A stretch of DNA of 64,000 nucleotides, from NCBI GenBank assembly GCA_017395505.1, contig JAFPUH010000042.1:1442-65441 (forward strand). Reading direction: 5' to 3'. Positions within the stretch are counted from its first letter, which is position 1; each line of letters starts with the position of its first letter. Below are positions 1 through 9,404 of the stretch, one piece after another. The stretch is from Kiritimatiellia bacterium. GTDB taxonomy: Bacteria > Verrucomicrobiota > Kiritimatiellia > RFP12 > UBA1067. Below the pieces are notes generated by a model. That model searched no databases, had not been told where the DNA came from, and saw only the letters and a program-made list of their open reading frames with translations. The position numbers were made by a program, and so were the translations under genes.

Positions 1-300
1 GCCGCGCTCATCCTTGCCGACGGCGAAGACGACAACGCCATTCTTGACGGTGCCGTAGCTCTGGAAATGTGAAGCCGGGAAAGTGACACACCATGCGCCG
101 CGATCCTTGACGCAATCAAGCGTGAGCGTTTCGCCGTCCGCATTCGTGACGCGGACGCGGCAACCCGTCACTTCGACGCCGCACTTTGAACGGATGCCGG
201 TGACGGCGATCGTGCGGGAAGATCCACACGGAACGTTAAGCGGAACGAACGGCCAGTCCGGACGCTCGCAGTTGCAGCAGATCATGTATCTCGATATCAT
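1..300 (-). CDS. hypothetical tail-module protein, N-terminal 100 codons only (gene runs off window)
   Basis: Absent from the ORF track because no stop lies in the window. ATG at 298-300, with GGAGG (307-311, minus strand) 6 nt upstream. Frame is open for exactly 100 codons to position 1 and starts MISRYMICCNCERPDW. Lies 14 nt after the preceding gene. Confidence 0.5.
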   Translation of the reverse strand, partial: MISRYMICCNCERPDWPFVPLNVPCGSSRTIAVTGIRSKCGVEVTGCRVRVTNADGETLTLDCVKDRGAWCVTFPASHFQSYGTVKNGVVVFAVGKDERG

Positions 301-314
301 TTGTCGCCTCCAAA

Positions 315-1241
315 TCAAGTCGGCTCAGAGTAGAACCATGCAGGGAACGTGGTCGTCTCGTAAGCCTGAAATCTGAAATTGTACGGGGTCGGCGGCGTTC
401 CGCCTGAATCCCTCGCGATGCGCTTGCCTGAGCCGTCCAGCAGCTCAGGCATCGTGACATTGCACGGCTTGCCGGTCTCTGCATCAGGCAGCCGGATCAA
501 CACAAGCTTTCCGTCGGTGCCTTTCTCGCGCATTCCGGCGTCGGCAATAGCGACATCCCAGCCGATTTCCGTTGCGCTGTCGCCTCCGGCGATCTTGACC
601 TTGTTCGTGCGGTGTCGAAGCTCTATGGTGTAGCGGTACTTCCATTTGCCGTCGCCGAACACGCGAGCTTCAGCGACCATGCAAAAGAGCGTCTTGGCCG
701 CAAAAACCTCGCCGCCGATGGTGACATCGGATGCGTTGACCTTGCAGCGGTGGGCACTCCATCCGGATTGCCGCGTCTCGAACTTGACGACCTTCGTGAA
801 GACGGGTGCGGGGCTCTTGATGGTCGGCACCGAATCGAAGACATCGCCGGCCGAGTTGAGCACGGCGGTGCCGTCGGCAGCCGTCGTAAGCTCGCGCTCG
901 TCTTCGCCGCCGGACCATCCCCATTGCTCGACCTGGCCGGATTGGGCCGACTGACCTTCGCCAACGGTCTCGACCGTGCGTTGGCCGTAGTTGACGATGA
1001 CATCAATGACCTTCTTCTCGTGTTCGCGACCTTCCTCGACGTCGTAAGACTGCACGAAAAGCCCGGAATGACTTGGATGCGCCGATCCGATAGCAGGAAC
1101 GCCGACGAAAGTCTTGGCCTCACCATTCGCGGAGAGATTGTCGCCGTCGAGCACAATGCGATATGGCCGCCTGAGCGATGTGATGCCGGTCGAATCCACG
1201 GACCAGCGGCGGCCATCCCTCTGTATGCTTAAGTCTGCCAT
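315..1241 (-). CDS. distal tail protein candidate (first gene after tape measure)
   Basis: Track ORF 315-1247 begins at TTG; the first ATG is at 1241 (MADLSIQ), 2 nt after the tape-measure stop. Function is inferred from position only. Confidence 0.6.
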   Translation of the reverse strand: MADLSIQRDGRRWSVDSTGITSLRRPYRIVLDGDNLSANGEAKTFVGVPAIGSAHPSHSGLFVQSYDVEEGREHEKKVIDVIVNYGQRTVETVGEGQSAQSGQVEQWGWSGGEDERELTTAADGTAVLNSAGDVFDSVPTIKSPAPVFTKVVKFETRQSGWSAHRCKVNASDVTIGGEVFAAKTLFCMVAEARVFGDGKWKYRYTIELRHRTNKVKIAGGDSATEIGWDVAIADAGMREKGTDGKLVLIRLPDAETGKPCNVTMPELLDGSGKRIARDSGGTPPTPYNFRFQAYETTTFPAWFYSEPT

Positions 1242-1243
1242 CG

Positions 1244-2482
1244 TCAAATCTCCATATAGGTTTCGTCGCCGACGCCGGCATCTTCGGTGTTGTCAGCGGT
1301 CTTTTCGGTGTTTTTCGCGATCTTCTCAAGAAGGGCGGTCTGCTTTTTCGACTCGCTCTGCAATTGAGGACCAAGCATGGCGGTGCGCATCGCATCATTC
1401 GAGCCGCCCATTATGAGCTCATTGCGGATCGCTGGCGCCTTTGCAGCTTCAGCAATATCGGCACCCTCGCCGAGCTCAATCTTTCGCGCGGCGGTGGATA
1501 TCGCAGCTTTGCCGTATGACTTTGCGAATCGGTCGATGACGATCTTCTGATCTTCGAATGCCTTTGTGATGCGCTCGACGCGTTCCTCGGCAAGCTGGCC
1601 GATCTCCTCGATGCGATCCTCCATTTCATCCATGGACTGGTCGAAGGTCTGGCCGGCCATTTCCCAAGCTTCGCCGATCGAGCCGCCGCCGACGATGGCG
1701 CCGATGAAAGAGCCGATCGCGTCGAAGGTCGGCGTGATGTAAGCTTGAAGCTTGCGGAAGTATTCAATGCACTTCGTGACGGCGATCTTCGTGTAGTAGG
1801 TGAGGGAGTTGCCGGCGTTCAAGGCGGCCCCGCGGACGCCGCCCTCGTAATCTTCGCCGAACCAGCGGCATATCATGCCGAGACCTTGCAGCCAAATCGA
1901 TTTGGCCGAATTTGCCGTAATGAGCATGGCGTCGGCGGCATCGTCGCCCGCGTCGGCGGCGGCTTGCGGAATCTTCGGCATGGCGGTTACGACATCCTCA
2001 AGGGCGAGCGTCGAAGTCGATGCGGCGTTTATGAGGGGCAAGAACTCGAGGCCGGACCTTCCGAACACCTTCATCGCGGCGGCGGCGCGATCGGACGCAT
2101 CCGGAACCTTGCCGAGTTCGCCGATGGTGTCATAGAAGCCCTGGAGCCCGGATCGTCCGGTATTCTTCTCCATCAGCTGAAACGCCTTGGCGAGACCTTC
2201 GACATTCGCGTTGATGCCGAGAACGCCCATGGCGGACGCGGCCTGCGTAAGCTCGTCAACGCTCGTCGATGTCTTTTGGGCGACATCCGAGAGCTTGCCG
2301 AGCTCGTTGATTCCGTCGCCGACGGCGCGAAGCGAGAGATAGGCGCCGACGGCCGAGAGCGCACCGCCGAGAGCGGAGCGAATCTTCGCGCCGGCGGCGG
2401 CGGCGCGGCTTTCGACGGACGCGAATGCGGCGCCGGTTTGATCCTTGCCCTTGATGGCGAGCTGGTGGGTGGACTGGCTCAT
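1244..2482 (-). CDS. tail tape measure protein (412 aa, short)
   Basis: Ala/Gly-rich helical protein with Gly-rich hydrophobic segments (IGSFIGAIVGGGSIG). Sits directly after the chaperone pair, and its ATG forms an ATGA overlap with the upstream stop. Confidence 0.8.
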   Translation of the reverse strand: MSQSTHQLAIKGKDQTGAAFASVESRAAAAGAKIRSALGGALSAVGAYLSLRAVGDGINELGKLSDVAQKTSTSVDELTQAASAMGVLGINANVEGLAKAFQLMEKNTGRSGLQGFYDTIGELGKVPDASDRAAAAMKVFGRSGLEFLPLINAASTSTLALEDVVTAMPKIPQAAADAGDDAADAMLITANSAKSIWLQGLGMICRWFGEDYEGGVRGAALNAGNSLTYYTKIAVTKCIEYFRKLQAYITPTFDAIGSFIGAIVGGGSIGEAWEMAGQTFDQSMDEMEDRIEEIGQLAEERVERITKAFEDQKIVIDRFAKSYGKAAISTAARKIELGEGADIAEAAKAPAIRNELIMGGSNDAMRTAMLGPQLQSESKKQTALLEKIAKNTEKTADNTEDAGVGDETYMEI

Positions 2483-2817
2483 GCGGGTTGCCCGTACTTC
2501 TCTTTGAGATCCTTCACCATGTTGAAAAGGGCGAAGGCGTCACGCTCCTTGCGGTCGGCCTCGGCCTCGGCGGCGGCGTGTTCGCAAGCTTTCGACATGA
2601 TGGGAAGGCACCATGATGCGAGGGTCTGCGAACGCTTCGGCACTTCGATCTTCGAATCCTTGCCGGCCCATTGCCTGACAATGGCGACAAGCACCATGAA
2701 GATGTCGGCGAGCGCGAGCGGAAGCCAAACGCCGAGGGTGCGTTCACCCTCGTGCAGAAATGCAGCCGTTGCCGTTTCGCCGCTCTCGGTCCGGCTTACG
2801 AGAGCAGCGCGATAAAA
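2479..2817 (-). CDS. -1 frame extension of chaperone (T-like part of a G/GT fusion)
   Basis: The frame -1 relative to G is open across the end of G and stops at 2479 in an ATGA overlap with the tape-measure ATG. Candidate slip site is the U4 run GAUUUUAUC (2814-2817), 5 codons before the G stop. No canonical XXXYYYZ heptamer was found. Confidence 0.45.
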   Translation of the reverse strand, partial: FYRAALVSRTESGETATAAFLHEGERTLGVWLPLALADIFMVLVAIVRQWAGKDSKIEVPKRSQTLASWCLPIMSKACEHAAAEAEADRKERDAFALFNMVKDLKEKYGQPA

Positions 2818-3089
2818 TCCGAAATGGTGCTCTTTTCGGGCAGGCCGACGAGCTCCGCGACGAGCTTCTGCATCTGAGGGAAGGAAAGCTCGGTGGGGTC
2901 GAAGTCCGAATCGTCCGCAAGCTTGACGTGCTCGCGTATGAGACGCTCGTACTGTTCGCCGATGCATTCCTTGCCCCCTTGCCAGATCTCGCCGTTCTCG
3001 CGGATTTCCTTCACGGTCAGGCGACGGACCTTTACAGTCACGTCGCCCAGCTTGAGCGTGGCGTAATCCGCAAACATATCAGCCGGCAT
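2796..3089 (-). CDS. tail assembly chaperone, G-like (97 aa)
   Basis: Small acidic ORF between the tube and tape-measure genes. It overlaps a -1 frame ORF that runs to the tape-measure start. Confidence 0.7.
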   Translation of the reverse strand: MPADMFADYATLKLGDVTVKVRRLTVKEIRENGEIWQGGKECIGEQYERLIREHVKLADDSDFDPTELSFPQMQKLVAELVGLPEKSTISDFIALLS

Positions 3090-3507
3090 TGCCCGGGACG
3101 GGCGATCCGTCCGGACGGAACTCTACGGTATATGTCGCCTTACGATCGCCGGTTGCATCCTCGTCGGGATACTTGACATCCTCGACGATGGCCCTGTTGA
3201 TCGTCACGCTGACGGTCTGATCGGCGTCGATGCCGTTCTCAAGCGTGATGGACAGGGTGAGCGCGGCGGGCGCGGCATCCGACGTGATGTTGCCGCTCGA
3301 CTTCTGGTAGAGCGTGACGGGGATGGTGCCGAGCTCCTTCAGTGCGCCCTTGATGAAGCGCTTGACGTTATCGTTGAGCGCCGTGACGTCGATCGAAGGG
3401 CGGTTTTCATCCTGACCGGCCTTGCCGACGGCCATCTCGTAGGTGGCGCCTCCGAATGTGAGGGTCGCGGACTTGACGCCCCAGCGGTTGAATGTAGGCT
3501 CTGACAT
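3079..3507 (-). CDS. major tail tube protein candidate (142 aa)
   Basis: Immediately upstream of the chaperone, with an AGGAG RBS. Size and position fit a siphovirus tube protein. Confidence 0.65.
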   Translation of the reverse strand: MSEPTFNRWGVKSATLTFGGATYEMAVGKAGQDENRPSIDVTALNDNVKRFIKGALKELGTIPVTLYQKSSGNITSDAAPAALTLSITLENGIDADQTVSVTINRAIVEDVKYPDEDATGDRKATYTVEFRPDGSPVPGNAG

Positions 3508-3525
3508 TTGATGTCTCCTTTCTTT

Positions 3526-4017
3526 TTATGTCAAAGATTCTGGTTCGTAATACGAAATGAAAAACTCGGCCCAATCGAGCGGGAAATGGGCGATGTCATT
3601 CTCCTGGCGGCGGATTGCAGAGACGCGAGCACCGGCTCTTGCGTTCCGCACGATCGAGATTATCATGTCACGCAGATCCTCGATGACCTTGCTGCCGCCG
3701 GCGACGGTGAGGCCGTTCGCCGACGCCGTGCGCTCTGTGATGACGCTCTCGATATACTTTTCGCCGTTGGGCCCTTTGACGCAGCCGCCGACGACCATGC
3801 GAACGGTGAATATTTCATCCTCGTTGACGGCCTCGTTTTCCTCAACGGGCGTGATCCAAAGGAAGGGCGAATCGTCTTCATTCGGGATGCACTGAGCATA
3901 CGCGCCGACGTGGACGGCGAGGCCGCGGCCAAAGTTCGTGATGCAATAGGCGAGCACGTCGGCGGAATCGGCGACTGCTTGCGCGGCGTTAGTCATGACG
4001 GTGCGGTGTGAAATCAT
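3526..4017 (-). CDS. neck/tail terminator candidate (163 aa)
   Basis: ATGA overlap with the upstream gene. Lies between the head-tail genes and the tube gene. Confidence 0.55.
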   Translation of the reverse strand: MISHRTVMTNAAQAVADSADVLAYCITNFGRGLAVHVGAYAQCIPNEDDSPFLWITPVEENEAVNEDEIFTVRMVVGGCVKGPNGEKYIESVITERTASANGLTVAGGSKVIEDLRDMIISIVRNARAGARVSAIRRQENDIAHFPLDWAEFFISYYEPESLT

Positions 4018-4631
4018 GCGGCACTCGCTTTCTGCATCTGGCGGGCGAGCTCCTTGTAGAACGCGCCTTTCGCCCAGCTGATGAGGTACTTGTCAACGTA
4101 TGCGCCAAACGGCTCGGGAATGACGCGGCGCGGGTTGTGGACGTATGCCCTGGGAACGTCGCGAATGCCGAGGCGATGCCAAAAGCGGCGATCGTCGTCA
4201 TTCTGGAAGGGGTCGTACTGCGTGGAGCCGATACCATCCTGGAAGTTGACGGCCCAATTTGCAAGATGATCCGGCCAGCCGATTATCTGCCAGCCGTTCT
4301 TCTTGTATGCGACGATATTTGTGCGATCGGCGAGAACGCCGCCCATGGGCGAGCTGCGTCCGGTCTTTGCGCGGAGCTCTTTTGTGAAGTCTTCAAAATC
4401 CTTGAACTTCGGAACGCCCTCGACGCCGCCGGCGCTCTTCATGACCTTGACGAGCTTGCCGCGAAGCGCGGAACACGCACGGCCGAAAGATCTCTGCATG
4501 AGCTTCGGCGTATCGATGCGCCGGCGACGCGCCCAGCGTTCGAGATCCTTGAACGAAATCTCGATCGCTATCTTCGCGGCGCCGCGTCCGCGAGTCGATA
4601 GGACGCCCGAATCTGTGATCGTGAATGCCAT
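4014..4631 (-). CDS. head-tail joining/tail completion candidate (205 aa)
   Basis: Track ORF 4014-4763 trimmed to the ATG at 4631 (MAFTITDSG), which overlaps the upstream stop (4631-4633). Confidence 0.55.
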   Translation of the reverse strand: MAFTITDSGVLSTRGRGAAKIAIEISFKDLERWARRRRIDTPKLMQRSFGRACSALRGKLVKVMKSAGGVEGVPKFKDFEDFTKELRAKTGRSSPMGGVLADRTNIVAYKKNGWQIIGWPDHLANWAVNFQDGIGSTQYDPFQNDDDRRFWHRLGIRDVPRAYVHNPRRVIPEPFGAYVDKYLISWAKGAFYKELARQMQKASAA

Positions 4632-4966
4632 CAGCGCGGAGCCCTCGCGTTTGAAGTGCAGCGGATGATCCAGCCAATGGCGGGGTCGCGCGAAATCTGC
4701 TGGACGGCGAGGGTCGTGCCGTCCTGAAGTTCCAGGGTGTCGCCGATTGCGATCTGTACGCATTCGGCGGGAATGTTCTCGACCATGACAGTCCAGGGAT
4801 CGGCGGCGAACGAGCCGCGCGAAGGTCCGGCGTTCTCGGCCTGACTTTCGCCGTGGATGACGTTTGCGCGAAACGAGCCTTCGAGGTGCGGCGCCTTATC
4901 CTGGCGCCATTTCACCAATTCGGCAAGCGGATCGAACGCCGCGCCATGATCGAAGATGCAGCCCAT
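4631..4966 (-). CDS. head-tail adaptor candidate (111 aa)
   Basis: Small ORF in the neck module whose start overlaps the upstream TAA by 1 nt. Confidence 0.55.
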   Translation of the reverse strand: MGCIFDHGAAFDPLAELVKWRQDKAPHLEGSFRANVIHGESQAENAGPSRGSFAADPWTVMVENIPAECVQIAIGDTLELQDGTTLAVQQISRDPAIGWIIRCTSNARAPR

Positions 4967-5502
4967 TATTCGAATATGAGGCGGATGAAGCCGCCGACTC
5001 CGGTACCGGTGAAAAGAAGCGTCTCGCCAGGCGCAAGATACTTGGCCGTGCCGAGCGCGTTGGTGTAGACGTATCCGGTCTGCGTCCCGCTGAACAGGCT
5101 ATTCGTGACGGCGATGGTGTTCTTGTAGACAGGCCATGTGTTGGTCGTCGTCGAGACGACGGAATTTGTCACGACGGAAAGGATGCCGGGATCGTCTATG
5201 AACGAAAGATTCGGAAACGAGTTGGTCGTCACCGCGTGAGTGTAGAAGTTTGTCTCGACGACGGTATACGATATGTTCGTCAATGTGGAGATCTCCACGG
5301 CGTTCGTGTAGACCGGCGCGGAGTAGATCGTGCTCAGCGCGACGGTTCCGTTGGATACGGGAGAAAACGCCTCCACGCGCGTGAGCTTGCCGCCCTGCGA
5401 GAGCTTGAACGTCTGGCCGTTCTGCGGCGAGAACGGAACGACATTGGCGGCGAACGCGGCGAATGCGGCGATCGCCATTGCCAGAGATATCAGCTTTTTC
5501 AT
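4966..5502 (-). CDS. Thr/Ser/Asn-rich protein with N-terminal Sec-type signal peptide (178 aa)
   Basis: Track ORF starts at TTG 5517; the ATG at 5502 gives MKKLISLAMAIAAFAAFA-AN with an AxA cleavage motif, and a GAGG RBS lies upstream. Located between the capsid and neck genes. Confidence 0.7.
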   Translation of the reverse strand: MKKLISLAMAIAAFAAFAANVVPFSPQNGQTFKLSQGGKLTRVEAFSPVSNGTVALSTIYSAPVYTNAVEISTLTNISYTVVETNFYTHAVTTNSFPNLSFIDDPGILSVVTNSVVSTTTNTWPVYKNTIAVTNSLFSGTQTGYVYTNALGTAKYLAPGETLLFTGTGVGGFIRLIFE

Positions 5503-5540
5503 TTTCAACACCCTCAAATCAATATGTGGTTTCTGCGTTT

Positions 5541-5582
5541 TGGAAAGAAGCGCCCGGCGGCGAGGTAATTTCCGCCGGGCGC
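5541..5582 (-). terminator. rho-independent terminator/stabiliser after capsid gene
   Basis: Perfect 11-bp GC stem (5550-5560 with 5572-5582), followed on the minus strand by UUCUUUCC. Starts 9 nt after the capsid stop. Confidence 0.6.
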
Positions 5583-5590
5583 CGCTTTAA

Positions 5591-6577
5591 TTACCGACCG
5601 ACGTTGACGACGGTGGAAGGATACTCGGTATACGCCGAGTCGAACTTGCACATCGCGACACCGGCGCTGAACGCCTCGACCACGCCTAGGAACGCTTCAG
5701 CATCGTACACGTTGCACTTGTCGTCATCGTCATACCACGCCCTCATGTCGAAAGGCTTGTCGGCCGGCGCATCCTCCGGGATGTACACGGGCGTCCAGCC
5801 GTAGGTCGCCTTGCTCTTGGCCGTCGAGACGGCGTTGCCGTTCGCTTCCGGACGGAGGCCGATGACGGCGACGCAATCATCATACGACGTGCCGACGATC
5901 TCGGAATCAAAGAGCACGATGTCATTGAATCCCATGAAGGTCGAGACGGCGGCGCGGACCTTCTCGATATCGGTCATGATGAAGCCGGTATCGTTCGCAG
6001 CACCCGCGAGCTTTTCGAGACGGTAGCGGATCTCCGGGATCTCGCAGAAGTCAAGCCAGGCGTTCGTCGTCATGACGAGGGTCGGCTTGCCGTACATGCG
6101 CAGCGACTTCGCCTTCTGCTGAAGGATCTTGACGACGGAGTGGTTGGTCAGGGTCGTCGCGGCGGCGTAGCGCGTCGCATTGAAGACCGTGGCGAACGCA
6201 TCGTCTTCGACCTTGTTCCAGGCGAGACGCTGGGAGAGCTCGGCGCCGGCATTGTCGGCGGCCTCGGCGGACGCATAGGCGGCGCCGTCATCCTCGAACA
6301 GCTTGCCGCGGCCTTCGTAGCGGCTGACGGACCATTTGACATCGACCATGCTGATGGCGGTGCCGCTGAGGGCCGTGCCGTTCGCGCGGGCCTTGGTGCC
6401 CTTGGATGCGGTGAGCCCGGCGGGAGCGACTGTCATTGTGCCGCTCTTTCCCGTGACGGGCATCAGCGGGAAGATCTTCGGGAATGCGTATCCCTTGACG
6501 TCCAGCTGAGAGATGGAGCCAATCGCCGCCAGATCGGGGCGGTCGGCCTTTTCAACTCTGAAAAAACGCTTTGCCAT
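5591..6577 (-). CDS. major capsid protein candidate (328 aa)
   Basis: Track ORF trimmed to the ATG at 6577 (MAKRFFRV) with an AAGGAA RBS. Lies directly after the protease-scaffold gene and is followed by a strong terminator. Size is typical of an HK97-fold capsid protein. Confidence 0.7.
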   Translation of the reverse strand: MAKRFFRVEKADRPDLAAIGSISQLDVKGYAFPKIFPLMPVTGKSGTMTVAPAGLTASKGTKARANGTALSGTAISMVDVKWSVSRYEGRGKLFEDDGAAYASAEAADNAGAELSQRLAWNKVEDDAFATVFNATRYAAATTLTNHSVVKILQQKAKSLRMYGKPTLVMTTNAWLDFCEIPEIRYRLEKLAGAANDTGFIMTDIEKVRAAVSTFMGFNDIVLFDSEIVGTSYDDCVAVIGLRPEANGNAVSTAKSKATYGWTPVYIPEDAPADKPFDMRAWYDDDDKCNVYDAEAFLGVVEAFSAGVAMCKFDSAYTEYPSTVVNVGR

Positions 6578-6602
6578 TTTATATGTTTCCTTTTTTGAGG
6601 TT

Positions 6603-7733
6603 TTACTTTTTCTTGTTGCGGTAGCTCGCCTTGAGCTCCGGATACTTCTGACACGCGGCCACATAGCCGATGTCATCGACGGCCTCGGCGAACGTCGAAT
6701 ATTTCGACGCGGCGTTGGACGGCGAAAGCACGGAGCCGGTCAGGAGGTCCCGCGTCTCTTTCATGTGCTGAAGCTGCTCACGGGAATCCGCGAGGTCTTT
6801 GGCACTTGTCTCAAGCTTGGATGTGAGATCGCTCACCGCGCCGATGAGAGCGGCGAGATTCTCGTATCCGGCCTGCTTGACCTGATCGTTGAAATCCTGA
6901 AGGGCCTTGTTCGCGGCATCGCGCGCCTGGCACACGGTGCCATAGTCCACGGTGTCGAGCATGGCCTTGTCGAGCTTCGCCTGAAGCTCGTTGATCTTCT
7001 TGGACGCGCCCTTGTACCGCGCTTCCCAATCTCCGACCTCGTTTTTGTTCTGCGTGGAACTTTCGGCGGCGGTTTCGGCCTTGGCCTTGTTGCGGGCGGC
7101 CTCGATCTCGGCGCGGCCCTCGTCGGTGAGCTCCTTGGAATCAAGGTACTTCTTCGCGCCGTCCGGAATCTTCGCAAACTTATGGCCGACGATGGACGCA
7201 GCGGCGCGGACATCGGACGCGATGACCGTGCAATCAAGGCCATTCTCCTTGCACTCGGCGCCGGTGTACCATGTCTCGTCGCTCATGAGGGCCGAAATCT
7301 CCTCCTCGGTGCGGTTCTTGAACTTGCCGCGATAGAAGGACATGATGATCGTCTTCATCTGGTCGAGGACGCTGGCCTGCTTGCGCATTTCCTCGGCATT
7401 GCCCTCGGTATAGCCCCAGGGATCGTGAATCATCATGAAGCTCGCCTCTTCCATCTCGATCTCGTCGCAAGCGCAAGCGATGACGGACGCCATCGACGCG
7501 GCGATGCCGACGACATGGGCGATGATCTTTGCCTTGCAGTTCTTGATCGCGTTTGCCATTTCGACGCCCTGGATCACACTGCCGCCGGGCGAATTGATTT
7601 CGATCTCGGCGACGTCATCGGCCGAAAGCGTATCAAGAAACGCCTTGAGGGATTTCGGGGAGCAGTAGTCGCCCCAGAAACCGTGATAGTCGAAGTCGGT
7701 GATTTCGCCGATCAGACTGTATTTCTTTCTCAC
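6603..7733 (-). CDS. prohead protease (ClpP/S49-like) fused to coiled-coil scaffold domain
   Basis: The N-terminal half has ClpP/S49-like motifs (INSPGGSV, GIAASMAS, MMIHDP). The C-terminal ~180 aa is a charged coiled coil, as in lambda C/Nu3. GTG start in a GTGA overlap with the portal stop. Confidence 0.8.
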   Translation of the reverse strand: MRKKYSLIGEITDFDYHGFWGDYCSPKSLKAFLDTLSADDVAEIEINSPGGSVIQGVEMANAIKNCKAKIIAHVVGIAASMASVIACACDEIEMEEASFMMIHDPWGYTEGNAEEMRKQASVLDQMKTIIMSFYRGKFKNRTEEEISALMSDETWYTGAECKENGLDCTVIASDVRAAASIVGHKFAKIPDGAKKYLDSKELTDEGRAEIEAARNKAKAETAAESSTQNKNEVGDWEARYKGASKKINELQAKLDKAMLDTVDYGTVCQARDAANKALQDFNDQVKQAGYENLAALIGAVSDLTSKLETSAKDLADSREQLQHMKETRDLLTGSVLSPSNAASKYSTFAEAVDDIGYVAACQKYPELKASYRNKKK

Positions 7734-9403
7734 TCTTTTTCACCTTTCTCGCCATCATCGGCGTTTGGGTTGTTGTTGTCAGGATCAATGACGGATCCGT
7801 TTGCCGTCTGCAAGGCGAGGTGCGGAATGCCATGCGCCTTGAAAAACTCTATCTCCTCGCCGAATGCGAGAGCCTTTTGCTTCCAGTCCGGGCCCCATTT
7901 CTCGCGATAGAGGATGGTGCCGTTCTTGAGGCCCGAATTGAGGGCGGTCTGCTCTTTGACGGGATCGAGCGAACGGTGGGGCGGCTGTTGCCACTTGACG
8001 CACGTGCGGCGCCAGTCCTTCGGCAGCGCGGAATCCTTCGGGATGACGCCGTACCGTTGAGCCCAGCGCGACCAATTCGCAAGCACCCAGTCGAGGATGT
8101 ACTTTTCGAGCTTGTGGAACTCATTGTCGAACTCGACCTGGGAAAGCACCATCTCGGCCTGTGATGCGGAATATGACGAGTCCGCCTTGCCGGTCGCATG
8201 GATGGAGCCAAGGCCGATCGCGAAGCCGACGCCGCGATGCAGCCATGTCGAAAATTCGACAAGCTTCTCGTTCGGATGCGACGTGCTAAGAAGCTCCATC
8301 TTGAGGCCGGGCGGCATTATGTCATACAGGATTCCGGCAGAATCAAGCTCCTCGGTTTCAAGCTTCATCTGGTCCGCTTCTTCGGCGGCCTGTTGCGCGG
8401 CCTCGACTGCGGCCTGATAGTCTTCGGTGCCGACGGGCGCCTCGGCGTCAGGGTCGAGGGCGGCATCGATATCGGCCTCGTTCTTTTCCTCGGTCTGGAG
8501 AATCTGGCCGATCTTCTGGGCGCCATGCTTTGACGCCTGGACCTCGAAGCCCTGAAGGTCGGTGAGGTCGGCGACGGTGCCGAGGCCCGGCCAAAGGCGG
8601 GAAGATCCGCGCATCTGGTTGAACCGGCCGACGCCGCGAAATATCGTGAAAAGCGAATCGCGCCAACGCTGGCCCTCCGGCTTGATGAGGGTCCATGCGA
8701 TGCGCTTGCCGGTGGAATCGAACTCGTCGTAGACGGAGAGGCCGCGTTGCGACCATGAGACGGTGACGCCGATCGTCTTTCCGTTCGCATTCTTGACGAT
8801 GCCCTGGTACTGTTTGCAGCCGGGGAACTTGTCGGCGAAACCTACAAGATCGCCGACGCAATCGGGCTCGAACGCGATGACCTGACCTGTCGATGCGGCG
8901 GTGATGTCATCGTCGAAGACGAGAACGACGTCGCCGCCGAGCATCTGGGTGCGGAGCGCGAGCTTCAGGACGTCCTGAAGGTCGAGATCTTCGAAGTACT
9001 CCGCTTCCTGGGCCCAATTCGCGAAGGCCATCTGAATCTTCGCGGCCGCGACCTCATATCCCTTCGGGAAGTCGAAGACGGCCTTGCCGCCGTTTACGCC
9101 GACGGTGTTGTTCTCGATTTGAGTCAAAAGCCCTTCGAGGCGGTCGCTATTCCTCGCGGCATTGCGGGCGAGGGCGACGAGACGGTTGCGCTCGTGAATC
9201 GTGAGCTGACCGACCTCGCCTTCGGTCTCGGCCGAAATGCGCGGACGGTTGAACTGATCGGGGCCGTGGACGGTGCGATATCCGCCCCTGGCGAAGTAGC
9301 CCATCTTGCGCATGCCGCCGATGATGATTGCGGCGACGCGCCTCTGCTCGTTTTTCGGCAGGTTGGCGAACTTTGCGTGTGGAGAGGCTTTGCACTTGAA
9401 CAT
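7730..9403 (-). CDS. portal protein (557 aa, lambda B-like position)
   Basis: Size and position between the gpW-like gene and the protease gene. Acidic C-terminus. Confidence 0.8.
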   Translation of the reverse strand: MFKCKASPHAKFANLPKNEQRRVAAIIIGGMRKMGYFARGGYRTVHGPDQFNRPRISAETEGEVGQLTIHERNRLVALARNAARNSDRLEGLLTQIENNTVGVNGGKAVFDFPKGYEVAAAKIQMAFANWAQEAEYFEDLDLQDVLKLALRTQMLGGDVVLVFDDDITAASTGQVIAFEPDCVGDLVGFADKFPGCKQYQGIVKNANGKTIGVTVSWSQRGLSVYDEFDSTGKRIAWTLIKPEGQRWRDSLFTIFRGVGRFNQMRGSSRLWPGLGTVADLTDLQGFEVQASKHGAQKIGQILQTEEKNEADIDAALDPDAEAPVGTEDYQAAVEAAQQAAEEADQMKLETEELDSAGILYDIMPPGLKMELLSTSHPNEKLVEFSTWLHRGVGFAIGLGSIHATGKADSSYSASQAEMVLSQVEFDNEFHKLEKYILDWVLANWSRWAQRYGVIPKDSALPKDWRRTCVKWQQPPHRSLDPVKEQTALNSGLKNGTILYREKWGPDWKQKALAFGEEIEFFKAHGIPHLALQTANGSVIDPDNNNPNADDGEKGEKE

Positions 9404-9404
9404 A

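Noticed and set aside
6513-7910. 465-aa plus-strand ORF opposite the protease and portal genes, and similar ORFs at 1745-2815 and 17676-18929
   Set aside because: They are antisense to phage genes with clear motifs (ClpP-like, tape measure, primase-helicase) and have shadow-ORF composition.
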